A stretch of 46,403 bases of DNA, taken from a virus. Its lineage: Duplodnaviria > Caudoviricetes. Positions 9,258-17,456 of the stretch are shown here, piece by piece (position 1 is the first letter of the stretch; the number at the start of each line of letters is the position of its first letter). Made by a program: the position numbers and the translations under genes. The stretch spans positions 1 to 46,403 of IMG/VR virus record IMGVR_UViG_3300044667_000191, one strand, 5' to 3'. Below the pieces are notes generated by a model. The model worked only from the letters and a program-made list of their open reading frames with translations, did no database searches and was not told the DNA's origin.

Positions 9258-9578
9258 CTATTCAGGCACTCCCCGACCTGCGGTGATCACCCAGAGTGCG
9301 GAATCCTCTTCGTATTTCACTGTGTGACTTACGCCACTCAATTCCGTTTCGCCGGTTTCGGGGTCAGAAAACGCAAATAGGTTTTCACCTAGAGCTTCAA
9401 GTTTATTTAGAAGCCCTGCGACAAGATGGTATATATCATATTCAAATGTCGTAGGCTCTTTTTTAGCCTCGGGAAGATTTGGTTCGTATTGACCGTTTGG
9501 CAAATTTCCAGTCGGCATGAGATTTCGACGTGCTTCGGCCGCATCCAAAGCTGCCGCCATGGCATCTTCACTGTCCAT
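9258..9578 (-). CDS. Hypothetical protein, apparent paralog of the adjacent upstream gene
   Basis: GGAGGGG RBS; shares Y..LV..LN.L..L.E...SG..T....DS..W pattern. Confidence 0.75.
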   Translation of the reverse strand: MDSEDAMAAALDAAEARRNLMPTGNLPNGQYEPNLPEAKKEPTTFEYDIYHLVAGLLNKLEALGENLFAFSDPETGETELSGVSHTVKYEEDSALWVITAGRGVPE

Positions 9579-9829
9579 TATTTAATTCCCCTCCGATACC
9601 ACTCTTTTGAGTCGGGATCAAGACAAATCGTATCTTCTTGACCTGAAATCATCATGAGTCCATCGACGTTTCTAATTTCGATATCTTCGTCAAGGCCCAT
9701 AAGGATATTAAGAGCATTGACCAAATCCTCATACCCTTTATCAATAGGTGTGAAGTAATCAAAATGTTCCTCAACCGCTTCGGTAAGCGTCTGGTAAGGA
9801 CGCAACAACTTCCTATTCGGATTACTCAT
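9578..9829 (-). CDS. Hypothetical protein (start re-called to ATG 9829)
   Basis: GGAGAG upstream of MSNPNRK; stop overlaps the next ATG. Confidence 0.7.
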   Translation of the reverse strand: MSNPNRKLLRPYQTLTEAVEEHFDYFTPIDKGYEDLVNALNILMGLDEDIEIRNVDGLMMISGQEDTICLDPDSKEWYRRGIK

Positions 9830-9899
9830 TACACTTCTCTCTCCAAGTAAATTCCCACAAACGCAGTTCGACAAGCGAACCACGCTTGAATCAATTCAC

Positions 9900-10121
9900 T
9901 TAATGACCATAAGCGTAGCGAATAGCATCTCTTCCCTTATAGCAGTCCTCAGGATTTTCTCCGCACGGTTCCTCTTTATGATTAGAAACCGTTCCACAAT
10001 TAGGGCAAGGGTGCCGACCAGTATTGCAATCCATGCAGCACCATTCACAACCGTCGTCGTCACCGTGATTACATTTACTTAAATCACGAACACACCCTTT
10101 ATCGCCCCACGACATGCCCAT
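9900..10121 (-). CDS. Small Cys/His-rich protein
   Basis: Nine Cys in ~73 aa, including CEWCCMDC and CPNC; start uncertain. Confidence 0.55.
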   Translation of the reverse strand: MGMSWGDKGCVRDLSKCNHGDDDGCEWCCMDCNTGRHPCPNCGTVSNHKEEPCGENPEDCYKGRDAIRYAYGH

Positions 10122-10140
10122 TGATTCTTCTTGTGACAAT

Positions 10141-12258
10141 TTACCCCTCCAGAAACTTTCGCATTGCCTCAGCAATATTCACATCAGCCTCGAAGCCATC
10201 AAGCATTTGCTTTTTCTCGTTCATGATTCCATCCATCAATTCAGTTGCGGTCTCCTCGCAGTGAAGAATGTGAACGATTGAATTGAACTCAGAGTCAAGA
10301 CGACGCACACGGTCCAGCATTTGTTCCTCCTTGCCAGGATTCCACTCCCGGTCAAGAATTACAATCTGCTGTGCACCGCTTAGGTTCAGACCGGTTGAGC
10401 CAGTTTTGTAATTGACAAGAATTACATCAAACTTATGCTCACCAACCTTTGTGTACTTTGCGTTAAAATCATCGACAATCATCTGTCGATCTTTTTGCGG
10501 AGTATCGCCATCGAATCGAGCTGCGCGAATCCCCTTACGAAGTAGTCTTTTCTGCATCTCCTCCAGGCCACGCTTAAATGCAGAAACTACGACAACTCGA
10601 TCACCGTTGTCCACAGCTTCATAGATGAGTTTTTCACCCTCATCCATAATAATGGACTCACCAGGCAAATCCTCAGGCTTCGTGGGCCAAAGAATTTCAC
10701 CAGTACCACACATTTCGCCAGTCTCAGCGTCACGCCAGATATCCCTGATTTCGATTCCGTCGGGCCAAGTTGCAGCTTGTCGCACTCGCGTATACCAAGC
10801 AAGAACATCATTTTGTGTAATTGCTCGACCGTCGGCAAATGCAATCTTCGCGCGCTGCTTCAAGTCTCGCGTGAATGCAGCGTAACGCGGGTAAAGTTCA
10901 TCATCCATGTCAAAGTAATGATGACGAACTTCCTGAGGCGGCATCTGAACGCCAGCAGAATCACGATTACGTGATGTAAACTTCATGCCCAATTTTTTGA
11001 GCAATACTTCAGGTCCACCATGCATAAATACCCATCGCATTCTCGGTGGACCATCGCACGTGCAGTTGTACGAATTCCTTACATTGCAACCTGCGCAACG
11101 CTTTTCACAGTAGTCTTCGAGAAATCTCTCCTCAGAGGGAAATCCCTTGACATCAATCAGATTAAGCATTGGCCACAAGTCATGAGGCCGGTTAAGAATC
11201 GGTGTTCCTGTCATTGGAAAGACATTCTTCACCGAACGGAAGGAATCAAACTTCTCCGGACGCGCCTCGCACTTAAGGCAAATAGTCCTACGCCAAGGTT
11301 GTGCTGCCTTCTCCTTTTCGGAAATCGGAGGAATAGCCGCACCACACTTATTACATTCATTCTCCGCGTAGATAATCTCGTTAATTCCGCGGAATGTAAA
11401 ACTATCCTTACCCTTGAATACGTGGGCTTCATCCAAAATAACAGTGTCAAATCGACAAGCCTTAAGCTTTTCGATAATAGACCTGTCTTTACGCCACACC
11501 TCATAGTTTGTAAGGACAATGCATTCGTCCATCAATCCCATAAGGTCAAGGATTTCCGACTTCAAGCCACGCTTCGTCTGATTCAGCACATGCACGAACT
11601 GATTCGGATACCACTTGCGAAATTCACGCTCAAAGTCCGGAAGGACAGGCTTAAGCGTGAATACCAAAACCTTTTTACCCTTGCCCTGCGCCCGTAGCAT
11701 ATTAACGGCCATAATGGCTTGAAGAGTTTTGCCTAGACCAGGCTTATCGCCAAGAATTGCCCGACCCGCTGCAACCATTCGATGCGCCCCCTCCAATTGA
11801 TGAGGAAGTGCCTTCTTTCCATCGATTCCGACTCGCCACGGGGCATTGTCGGTTGAATGGTCGATTTCCAGCCGCTTACGTCGCATTGCTTCAAGCGCTG
11901 CAAGCTCGGCCATAATTCGAGCCCACTCGCGCTGAAGCTTATCCAATTCCTTCTGGTCGTGACGAATGAAATTCTTCAGTTCGCGACGAGCGTCATCAAA
12001 TGGACGCTTACGCTCTCGAAGCTTCGAGAGAAACAGTTCAACTTGCTTTTGGATCTCGTCAAAGTCCGCCAAGTTAGACTCGACGTCCTTTATCTCACCC
12101 TTGCGAACAGACATCAATTCAATGATGTCTGTCATTCGCTCACGAAGGTCTGCCACACGCTCGAATGTGTCATTGTCCATGACATCGTGTAGCTTATTGA
12201 CACTAGCGAATTGCTTTTCAAATTCGCTCATATCAATAGAGGCGTTCTCATCCTCCAC
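10141..12258 (-). CDS. SNF2-family (SF2) helicase with N-terminal coiled coil
   Basis: LPHQLEG Q-motif, DKPGLGKT, DEAH, MTGTPILN, TGLNL, WNP, RVRR. Confidence 0.93.
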   Translation of the reverse strand: MEDENASIDMSEFEKQFASVNKLHDVMDNDTFERVADLRERMTDIIELMSVRKGEIKDVESNLADFDEIQKQVELFLSKLRERKRPFDDARRELKNFIRHDQKELDKLQREWARIMAELAALEAMRRKRLEIDHSTDNAPWRVGIDGKKALPHQLEGAHRMVAAGRAILGDKPGLGKTLQAIMAVNMLRAQGKGKKVLVFTLKPVLPDFEREFRKWYPNQFVHVLNQTKRGLKSEILDLMGLMDECIVLTNYEVWRKDRSIIEKLKACRFDTVILDEAHVFKGKDSFTFRGINEIIYAENECNKCGAAIPPISEKEKAAQPWRRTICLKCEARPEKFDSFRSVKNVFPMTGTPILNRPHDLWPMLNLIDVKGFPSEERFLEDYCEKRCAGCNVRNSYNCTCDGPPRMRWVFMHGGPEVLLKKLGMKFTSRNRDSAGVQMPPQEVRHHYFDMDDELYPRYAAFTRDLKQRAKIAFADGRAITQNDVLAWYTRVRQAATWPDGIEIRDIWRDAETGEMCGTGEILWPTKPEDLPGESIIMDEGEKLIYEAVDNGDRVVVVSAFKRGLEEMQKRLLRKGIRAARFDGDTPQKDRQMIVDDFNAKYTKVGEHKFDVILVNYKTGSTGLNLSGAQQIVILDREWNPGKEEQMLDRVRRLDSEFNSIVHILHCEETATELMDGIMNEKKQMLDGFEADVNIAEAMRKFLEG

Positions 12259-12577
12259 TTGGATGAATCTCCTTTCCAGCGTCTTTAATTAGAAGAAATT
12301 GTGGAGGAATCGGAGCACCCATTTGGGACGAAATCAGAGGAGAAGAAATCAAGTCCTCTGTCCCTCCTGCGTACACCCCCAACAACATCACCATACGAGT
12401 ATTATCCTCGTTTAGGAGAAATCCGTCCACCAAGAGAGAGTAAAGTTTTTTGTTGAGATCCCAACCATCTACATGTAGAAAATTAAGTGCATTAGCCACG
12501 TAGTCAAAATCAACCTCAGTTTTTTTTGTCTTCGTCAAGTCAAGAAATTTCAGTCGAAACTTAATTGGATCAGCCAT
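12248..12577 (-). CDS. Hypothetical protein
   Basis: AGGAAGGA RBS; overlaps the helicase start. Confidence 0.7.
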   Translation of the reverse strand: MADPIKFRLKFLDLTKTKKTEVDFDYVANALNFLHVDGWDLNKKLYSLLVDGFLLNEDNTRMVMLLGVYAGGTEDLISSPLISSQMGAPIPPQFLLIKDAGKEIHPSGG

Positions 12578-12593
12578 ATCTTTCCTTCCTGTT

Positions 12594-12730
12594 TAAATTA
12601 AGCGGGTCCCTTCGGATTAATGACACGGCGGGCAAGCGGCCCTTAAAGGCGGCCACACGCTCATTCTTCGCTGGGCCGACTTTCGCGGACAGCTTACCTC
12701 GCCGTGTCAAATCCTCTCCCGCTTAATTTA
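12594..12730 (-). ncRNA. 137-nt long-hairpin element, motif copy A
   Basis: Perfect 13-bp TAAATTAAGCGGG/CCCGCTTAATTTA, then GGATT/AATCC, perfect 10-bp TGACACGGCG/CGCCGTGTCA and GGTAAGC/GCTTGCC; fills almost the whole intergenic gap. Confidence 0.7.
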
Positions 12731-12731
12731 T

Positions 12732-13085
12732 TTATCGTGGAATCATGAATTCAGAGCCCATGTGAATATAAGGAAGCCAAGATTGCATATCTTCTGTGCG
12801 ATAGGTGACACACATTTCCGCCGGATGAATCCATTTAATACCATTCAAAAATGTAAGCATTTGCTGCGGCGTTAGATCCTTCACGTGGGCAGCAAAAAAC
12901 TCGCGAAAGTCGAGTCGTCCACTTCGAATATCCCTGGCCATTTCATGAAATGGTCCACTTCGGGAAATGGCTTCTGTGTACCGCCCCTGCTGATCCCACT
13001 CGTGCCAAATCATACGATTGAGCACGGGAATGTTTTGAATGTCGTCCTCGTGCGGCATGAGGACGTATGTTGTGACATTGCTCAT
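12732..13085 (-). CDS. Hypothetical protein
   Basis: AAGGAG RBS; ATGA overlap. Confidence 0.75.
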   Translation of the reverse strand: MSNVTTYVLMPHEDDIQNIPVLNRMIWHEWDQQGRYTEAISRSGPFHEMARDIRSGRLDFREFFAAHVKDLTPQQMLTFLNGIKWIHPAEMCVTYRTEDMQSWLPYIHMGSEFMIPR

Positions 13086-13288
13086 TGCTTATTCTCCTTC
13101 TCCTTTTCCTGATATTCTTCCCATTTCCTTTGAGTAATATAAAGAGTGGCGATAAAAAGTACCAGCTCGCCTCCAAATTTTGTATAATCACGCTCAGAGA
13201 AGCTGATGACCAACCCAATTGCTTGAAGAACGGAAATTACCGTAAGAACAATGTGGAGATTTCCGATTTTCTCGACAAACTTTTTCAC
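13082..13288 (-). CDS. Small two-TM membrane protein
   Basis: Two hydrophobic helices and a charged C-terminus. Confidence 0.7.
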   Translation of the reverse strand: MKKFVEKIGNLHIVLTVISVLQAIGLVISFSERDYTKFGGELVLFIATLYITQRKWEEYQEKEKENKQ

Positions 13289-13323
13289 TTAGCCCTTCAA
13301 TTCACTGGTTTCTTTTACTTGTG

Positions 13324-13421
13324 TAGCCCTGCCAAGATTCGAACTTGGTGCGACACAGATTCGGAAGGGTTAGATTCGAAGGAGTTTACCAAATCTGATC
13401 CGTCGCCTGCCTACCAGGGCC
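13324..13421 (-). ncRNA. tRNA-like RNA with no D-stem and no canonical anticodon arm (98 nt)
   Basis: Acceptor GGCCCTG/CAGGGCT plus discriminator A; T-arm CCAAG-TTCGAAT-CTTGG; 8-nt linker GTAGGCAG; long arm GCGAC/GTCGC + CAGATTTGG/CCGAATCTG with a 24-nt loop; no encoded CCA. Confidence 0.8.
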
Positions 13422-13424
13422 AAA

Positions 13425-13472
13425 CGTAACGGCAATTTCCAGTCATCGGCGTAACCGAAAACTGCCGCTACG
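13425..13472 (-). other. Leader hairpin 3 nt upstream of the tRNA-like RNA
   Basis: CGTAGCGGCAGTTT/AAATTGCCGTTACG, 14 bp with two G-U pairs on the minus strand. Confidence 0.55.
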
Positions 13473-13479
13473 GGTCTAT

Positions 13480-13665
13480 TTAGTTATTGAGCTTATGGAA
13501 TGAATCTTTACAGGGTTGAATTTCACCTTCACTTTGCATTGCTGGATGCAGTTTTGGGTCAGGTGAATTACAGGTGGGACACTTTTCCGTCTTTGCTTGA
13601 AGTGGCTCATGGGTGACTTCGGCACCCACTTCGGAAATCCCAAGAATCACAACAACCTTATTCAA
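13480..13665 (-). CDS. Hypothetical protein with CxxC
   Basis: ORF abuts the upstream stop; weak RBS. Confidence 0.5.
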   Translation of the reverse strand: MNKVVVILGISEVGAEVTHEPLQAKTEKCPTCNSPDPKLHPAMQSEGEIQPCKDSFHKLNN

Positions 13666-13914
13666 TTAATGTGTATAACTGTATCTTGTTTTCACTACAA
13701 ATGCATGATGAATATTTCCTCCCCCAGCTCCACTGTGAATGTCAGAGATACCTAGAATGACAATTGTGTCCTGCATGCTCGCCCATTCTACTGACTCAAA
13801 AGCCGAGTCATCGTAAAAAGTTAGTGGGAGCTTGCCACGCGAATCAAGTTGAATCTCAGGTAGCAGGCGTGTACTAGGAAATCCGCCACTAATCCCGAGT
13901 GCAGTCCATTTCAT
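13666..13914 (-). CDS. Hypothetical protein
   Basis: ATGA overlap with the upstream gene. Confidence 0.6.
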   Translation of the reverse strand: MKWTALGISGGFPSTRLLPEIQLDSRGKLPLTFYDDSAFESVEWASMQDTIVILGISDIHSGAGGGNIHHAFVVKTRYSYTH

Positions 13915-14258
13915 TTTCTCTTATCGTCCTTCGAGGCCGTCTTCCGCATTAGAGGATTAGGATGATTCCCCCATGCCCAATCCAACGCTTCGTCTTTTGG
14001 TCCTCTATGAACCCCCAGAACGAAACATTTGTTGCGCGATTCAATCTGCGCACCAGCGATAAGTGAATCAACGCTGACTGAACCAGCATTTGAATTCCAT
14101 TTGTTTACAAAAAGAACCACCATCCTTTTATCTGTGTACTCGATTACCGATGGCCTAGCTTGAATTTCGTCCTCTTCTTCGACTGGCCAAATTACTACAC
14201 AAATTCTGCCAATGCGTAACTTCGTTTTCTCGCTTGAGAGCCTTCGAGTGGTTAGCAC
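13911..14258 (-). CDS. Hypothetical protein (start re-called to GTG 14258)
   Basis: GGAGG upstream; removes the overlap with the preceding ORF. Confidence 0.6.
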   Translation of the reverse strand: MLTTRRLSSEKTKLRIGRICVVIWPVEEEDEIQARPSVIEYTDKRMVVLFVNKWNSNAGSVSVDSLIAGAQIESRNKCFVLGVHRGPKDEALDWAWGNHPNPLMRKTASKDDKRK

Positions 14259-14266
14259 CGGCTTCT

Positions 14267-14521
14267 TTACCTCCGGGTTTGTGAATTTCCATTCGCACGA
14301 CGAGAACGGCGGGCCTTGCGAGTTTCCTGTTCCTCTTTCCATTCCCTTTCGAGCTTGTCTCGTTCTTGACTCAATTCGAAAATGCTCATCCTTCGAATTG
14401 ATGCTACATACCGCCCCGGAAGTGCACCCACCGGAGAAAGCTTCCGCCTCAAAGCAGAAATTTCACCAAGTAGAATTTCGCGAGCCATCTCTTCGCTTAT
14501 GTTCTGTACTACCATTTTCAC
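14267..14521 (-). CDS. Basic hypothetical protein
   Basis: AGGGAG RBS; helical, Arg-rich C-terminus. Confidence 0.65.
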   Translation of the reverse strand: MKMVVQNISEEMAREILLGEISALRRKLSPVGALPGRYVASIRRMSIFELSQERDKLEREWKEEQETRKARRSRRANGNSQTRR

Positions 14522-14544
14522 TCCCTAGTGCTGAACGCGAGGTT

Positions 14545-14626
14545 CGCAACCTCAAAGCGATAGGTCAAGGAATTAGCTTAAGGGCCACACCTAATTCGCT
14601 GACCTCAACCTATCACTTTCAAGCTA
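14545..14626 (-). other. Long intergenic hairpin carrying a GUGUGGCCCUUAAG loop
   Basis: AAAGTGATAGGT/ACCTATCGCTTT outer stem and GAATTAG/CTAATTC inner stem. Confidence 0.55.
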
Positions 14627-14628
14627 CG

Positions 14629-16011
14629 CTACTTCTTTACGAACATTTCTCGGAACTTAGCAATGCTATCTTCCGAGTTCCGCTTTGTTACTACTTCCAT
14701 TTCGAATGGCTTATCGTTGGTGCGGAAGTAAATGACAACGACCTTACGGCCATTATCATAGGTCCGCGCCTCAACTTCCAAAATCGAATGAATAAGAAAA
14801 GCTTGTTGCAGCGCCCCCTCGGTTTCTCCAAATCTTTTTACTGTTGCCATAAACCCATTAAGCGCCCAATCTGGGAGAGTCTTTGGATCTCCTGTGACTA
14901 CCCTGCCAACAATTTTTGCCTCTTTGTCCTCTTCGAATGCGTCAGCAAATGGAGTAGCCTTTACCGTAACTTGCTTAGGAAACGGTTTCACTTGCTTCAA
15001 ATTATTAGCCTCGACTCCTTCCTTACCGAAATCTATCTCAACCTTTCCGCCGTTCTTCGTGTCGAGTTTAATTTCAGCGCTTGATGGAATTTCGCTAGGC
15101 TTTACTCCAAGCTTATTTGCTACCTGGGAGAACATATCCCAACCGTCTCTAAAGCCAGACGAATATCCTTTCTCTGCATTCTCCTGCGACTTATCGAAAA
15201 TTTCCAACATATCCCTGTCGCGTTGGTCTTCAACATTGACCAAACGCATAATTGCATTCTTCAATTCCAGCATGGCCCGAGCAATGTCATTCATCCTTTC
15301 TTTTTGGTCTTTCACTTCTGCCACGGCCTGGAATTGCTGGTCTACCACTTTGCGCTGGTTCTCGCCAAAATTCGCACCAAGCGAGTTATTAATTGCACTT
15401 ACGTCGCGCTTCAATTCGTGAATCTCGCGCCGCAATTCACGCAAGTCCATACCTTCGGCGTTAGGGGTAATCGCCTGGACCGGACTGGGCGTACCGTGAC
15501 GCTGACGCTTTCTTTCTGCGCGAGTCATATTTACCTTTGGTGCCTCGGATTCGGAATCCTGCTGCGCCGGAATTTCCACTTGCATTTGCTGAACGACCTT
15601 TTCGATGCCGCGCGGCTCCTTCTTTTTGCTGGGTTCGCTCGGCATCACCTTTGCCTTTTCGTCAGACTCTGTCGCCTGCCGACTTGCTTCAGCTTCGAAT
15701 ACCTCAGTCGAAATCCAGAGGTACTTTGCGTGGTGACCATTTGGAATCTCGCCGTACTTCTCGATTTGCTCCCGAACGCGAAGAGTTTGAATTGCACCAT
15801 TTGCGGCACCGACAGTCAGATCAAGCTTGTGGTACTTTCGAATCAGAAACCTGATTGTCTCGGAAGTGAAAGCCACGTCAGGATCGTTAGGCTTTTCAGT
15901 CAGTGAATCCCGATAAGCTCTCATCATTACGTCGAGGACCATTTCAAGCCTAGTCATCTTTTTGGATGCTACTTTTGATTCGTGGTGCTTCTGATTTGTC
16001 ACGATCTTCAC
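14629..16011 (-). CDS. Hypothetical 460-aa protein: possible N-terminal winged HTH plus coiled coil
   Basis: AAAGGA RBS; helix-helix-helix-wing pattern in the first ~100 aa; heptad repeats centrally. Confidence 0.75.
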   Translation of the reverse strand: MKIVTNQKHHESKVASKKMTRLEMVLDVMMRAYRDSLTEKPNDPDVAFTSETIRFLIRKYHKLDLTVGAANGAIQTLRVREQIEKYGEIPNGHHAKYLWISTEVFEAEASRQATESDEKAKVMPSEPSKKKEPRGIEKVVQQMQVEIPAQQDSESEAPKVNMTRAERKRQRHGTPSPVQAITPNAEGMDLRELRREIHELKRDVSAINNSLGANFGENQRKVVDQQFQAVAEVKDQKERMNDIARAMLELKNAIMRLVNVEDQRDRDMLEIFDKSQENAEKGYSSGFRDGWDMFSQVANKLGVKPSEIPSSAEIKLDTKNGGKVEIDFGKEGVEANNLKQVKPFPKQVTVKATPFADAFEEDKEAKIVGRVVTGDPKTLPDWALNGFMATVKRFGETEGALQQAFLIHSILEVEARTYDNGRKVVVIYFRTNDKPFEMEVVTKRNSEDSIAKFREMFVKK

Positions 16012-16017
16012 TTTCCT

Positions 16018-16218
16018 TTAGTTTGGAAACCTGACGCTACCCGAGCACGAACAACCAACTTTGGGATCTTGGCAATCGTGCACATTCAGTGATTGCTCAA
16101 GATTGTGGTAAGCAAAAAAGATTCCCTCAAGTGAAGCGTTCCCGTGAGTGTTCTTTACTTCCTCAAGAAATGTTTTGATTGCACTCTTGAGGTAATCTAC
16201 TTGCTCCTGTGGTGTCAC
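16018..16218 (-). CDS. Hypothetical protein
   Basis: GGAG RBS supplied by the 17-bp repeat. Confidence 0.65.
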   Translation of the reverse strand: MTPQEQVDYLKSAIKTFLEEVKNTHGNASLEGIFFAYHNLEQSLNVHDCQDPKVGCSCSGSVRFPN

Positions 16219-16223
16219 TTCTT

Positions 16224-16240
16224 ACTCCGAGCGAATGTAG
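16224..16240. repeat. 17-bp direct repeat, copy 1 (ACTCCGAGCGAATGTAG)
   Basis: Identical to 16630-16646. Confidence 0.9.
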
Positions 16241-16278
16241 GTTTTTGCACTCCATGCAACTTTCTTAGTCATGCGTTA

Positions 16279-16623
16279 TCACGCTCTTTCGCTCGCTTGG
16301 GTCTTTCTCTTTTTATATTCTTCTCGAAGCTTAATCCAGCATGATTTACAGTAGCCGTCCAGCCCGTCCTTACTTCCTTTTCTTTTGTGAAATTCACTCG
16401 CAGACTTCTTTACTTTACAGCGGTAACATTTTTTTTCAGAAACAACTCCCAATCCTCGACTCACACGATTCACATTTCCTCGTCGATACTTGCGATAAAA
16501 CTCTGATCGACATTCTGAACATTGCACGCAAAGTCCATCAGCTCGACTTGAATCACGCGCAAATTCTTTAACTGATTTCACCTTTTTACAGTGACCACAT
16601 TTCTTTGTGGCATTTTCTGTCAC
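16279..16623 (-). CDS. Tandem zinc-ribbon protein (endonuclease VII/HNH N-terminal-type repeats, no nuclease domain)
   Basis: Two copies of KKCxxCKxxK...EF...DGL...CxxC; start re-called to GTG 16623 after GGAG. Confidence 0.75.
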   Translation of the reverse strand: MTENATKKCGHCKKVKSVKEFARDSSRADGLCVQCSECRSEFYRKYRRGNVNRVSRGLGVVSEKKCYRCKVKKSASEFHKRKGSKDGLDGYCKSCWIKLREEYKKRKTQASERA

Positions 16624-16627
16624 GTGC

Positions 16628-17377
16628 TCACTCCGAGCGAATGTAGTCGAAAGCCAACTGGAAAAGAGTAGGGTTGCTCTGCTGTGCCCGCCTGTTCTGA
16701 AATGCAATTCGATCACGGTACTGATCGAACCAAACAGTTGAGTTATTGAAGTCAGACACTATTTTCAAAACATACCGCAACTCGGCCTCGACCTTCAAAA
16801 GCTCTTTTTGGGCTCCGGCTACAAATTCTTCTTGACCGGCAACACCAGACGTCAATACGACACCTGCCATCGCACGCCGAATTCCATTCGAAATCGAAGT
16901 GCGTAGTAGGTTTTTGTCTGGATCGTTGTTCAACGGATTTGAGTCTGGCGAGACTACAATCTCAAGAAAATCATTAACTGTTTTCATGTCCCCACCAAAT
17001 GGAATGATGGGTACCTCATCGAAGGAATCTGAATCCTCATACATACTCTTGTCTGCCAATTCGTAGGTCATTGCGTTCCCACGCTTGGCAACACTGCGAA
17101 TGAATCCTTTCTTTTCCAAATCATAAATGCAACGGCGAACCGTTCTATCTGTGATATGAGGAATAATTGCAGACAGTTCAGAGACAGTCACTTTTCCTTT
17201 TGAGTCTTTGATTGCCTTAAAAACCATCTGCTCATTACTTTCGGCCAATGCAATACGTGTGAGTGGTGTACTCAATTTGAAATTCCCTCCTCTCGATATT
17301 CGCCGAAGCTCTGCCCGGTGCCCGGTATGTCCGATATAAGGGTCACTTTGAAAAACGGACTTTGACACTTCACCCAT
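16628..17377 (-). CDS. Winged-HTH DNA-binding protein (start re-called to ATG 17377)
   Basis: VTVSELSAIIPHITDRTVRRCIYDLEKKGFIRS...YEL wHTH signature; AAGGAG RBS. Confidence 0.85.
   Translation of the reverse strand: MGEVSKSVFQSDPYIGHTGHRAELRRISRGGNFKLSTPLTRIALAESNEQMVFKAIKDSKGKVTVSELSAIIPHITDRTVRRCIYDLEKKGFIRSVAKRGNAMTYELADKSMYEDSDSFDEVPIIPFGGDMKTVNDFLEIVVSPDSNPLNNDPDKNLLRTSISNGIRRAMAGVVLTSGVAGQEEFVAGAQKELLKVEAELRYVLKIVSDFNNSTVWFDQYRDRIAFQNRRAQQSNPTLFQLAFDYIRSE
16630..16646. repeat. 17-bp direct repeat, copy 2
   Basis: Identical to 16224-16240; encodes the terminal YIRSE of the wHTH gene. Confidence 0.9.
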
Positions 17378-17449
17378 GGTAGCAGACTCCTTCACTGTCA
17401 TGTGTCAAAGTGTCAAAGTCGCAGGTCAGACGTACTTTGACATTGACAC
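17360..17449. promoter_or_regulatory. Cluster of (G)TGTCAAAG direct and inverted repeats (operator or iteron-like)
   Basis: Copies at 17360-68 (inverted), 17402-10, 17410-18, 17435-42 (inverted) and 17443-49 (inverted, partial), straddling the wHTH start. Confidence 0.7.
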
Positions 17450-17456
17450 GCACTTT

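Noticed and set aside
13324-13421. Canonical tRNA-Thr(GGT) or a tmRNA
   Set aside because: TTGGTAA has no closing anticodon stem; there is no D-arm, G3-U70 pair or tag reading frame.
13437-13448. Fourth copy of the promoter motif (ATGACTGGAA)
   Set aside because: The hexamer 16 nt downstream is GCCCTG, not a -10 match.
13425-13472. Hammerhead ribozyme upstream of the tRNA-like RNA (CCGAUGA...GAAA)
   Set aside because: The core is CCGAUGA rather than CUGAUGA, stem II is only 3 nt, and stem I cannot form in the required register.
14212-15906. Long plus-strand ORFs (290, 175 and 227 aa)
   Set aside because: Antisense shadows of well-supported minus-strand genes, without RBS or motifs.
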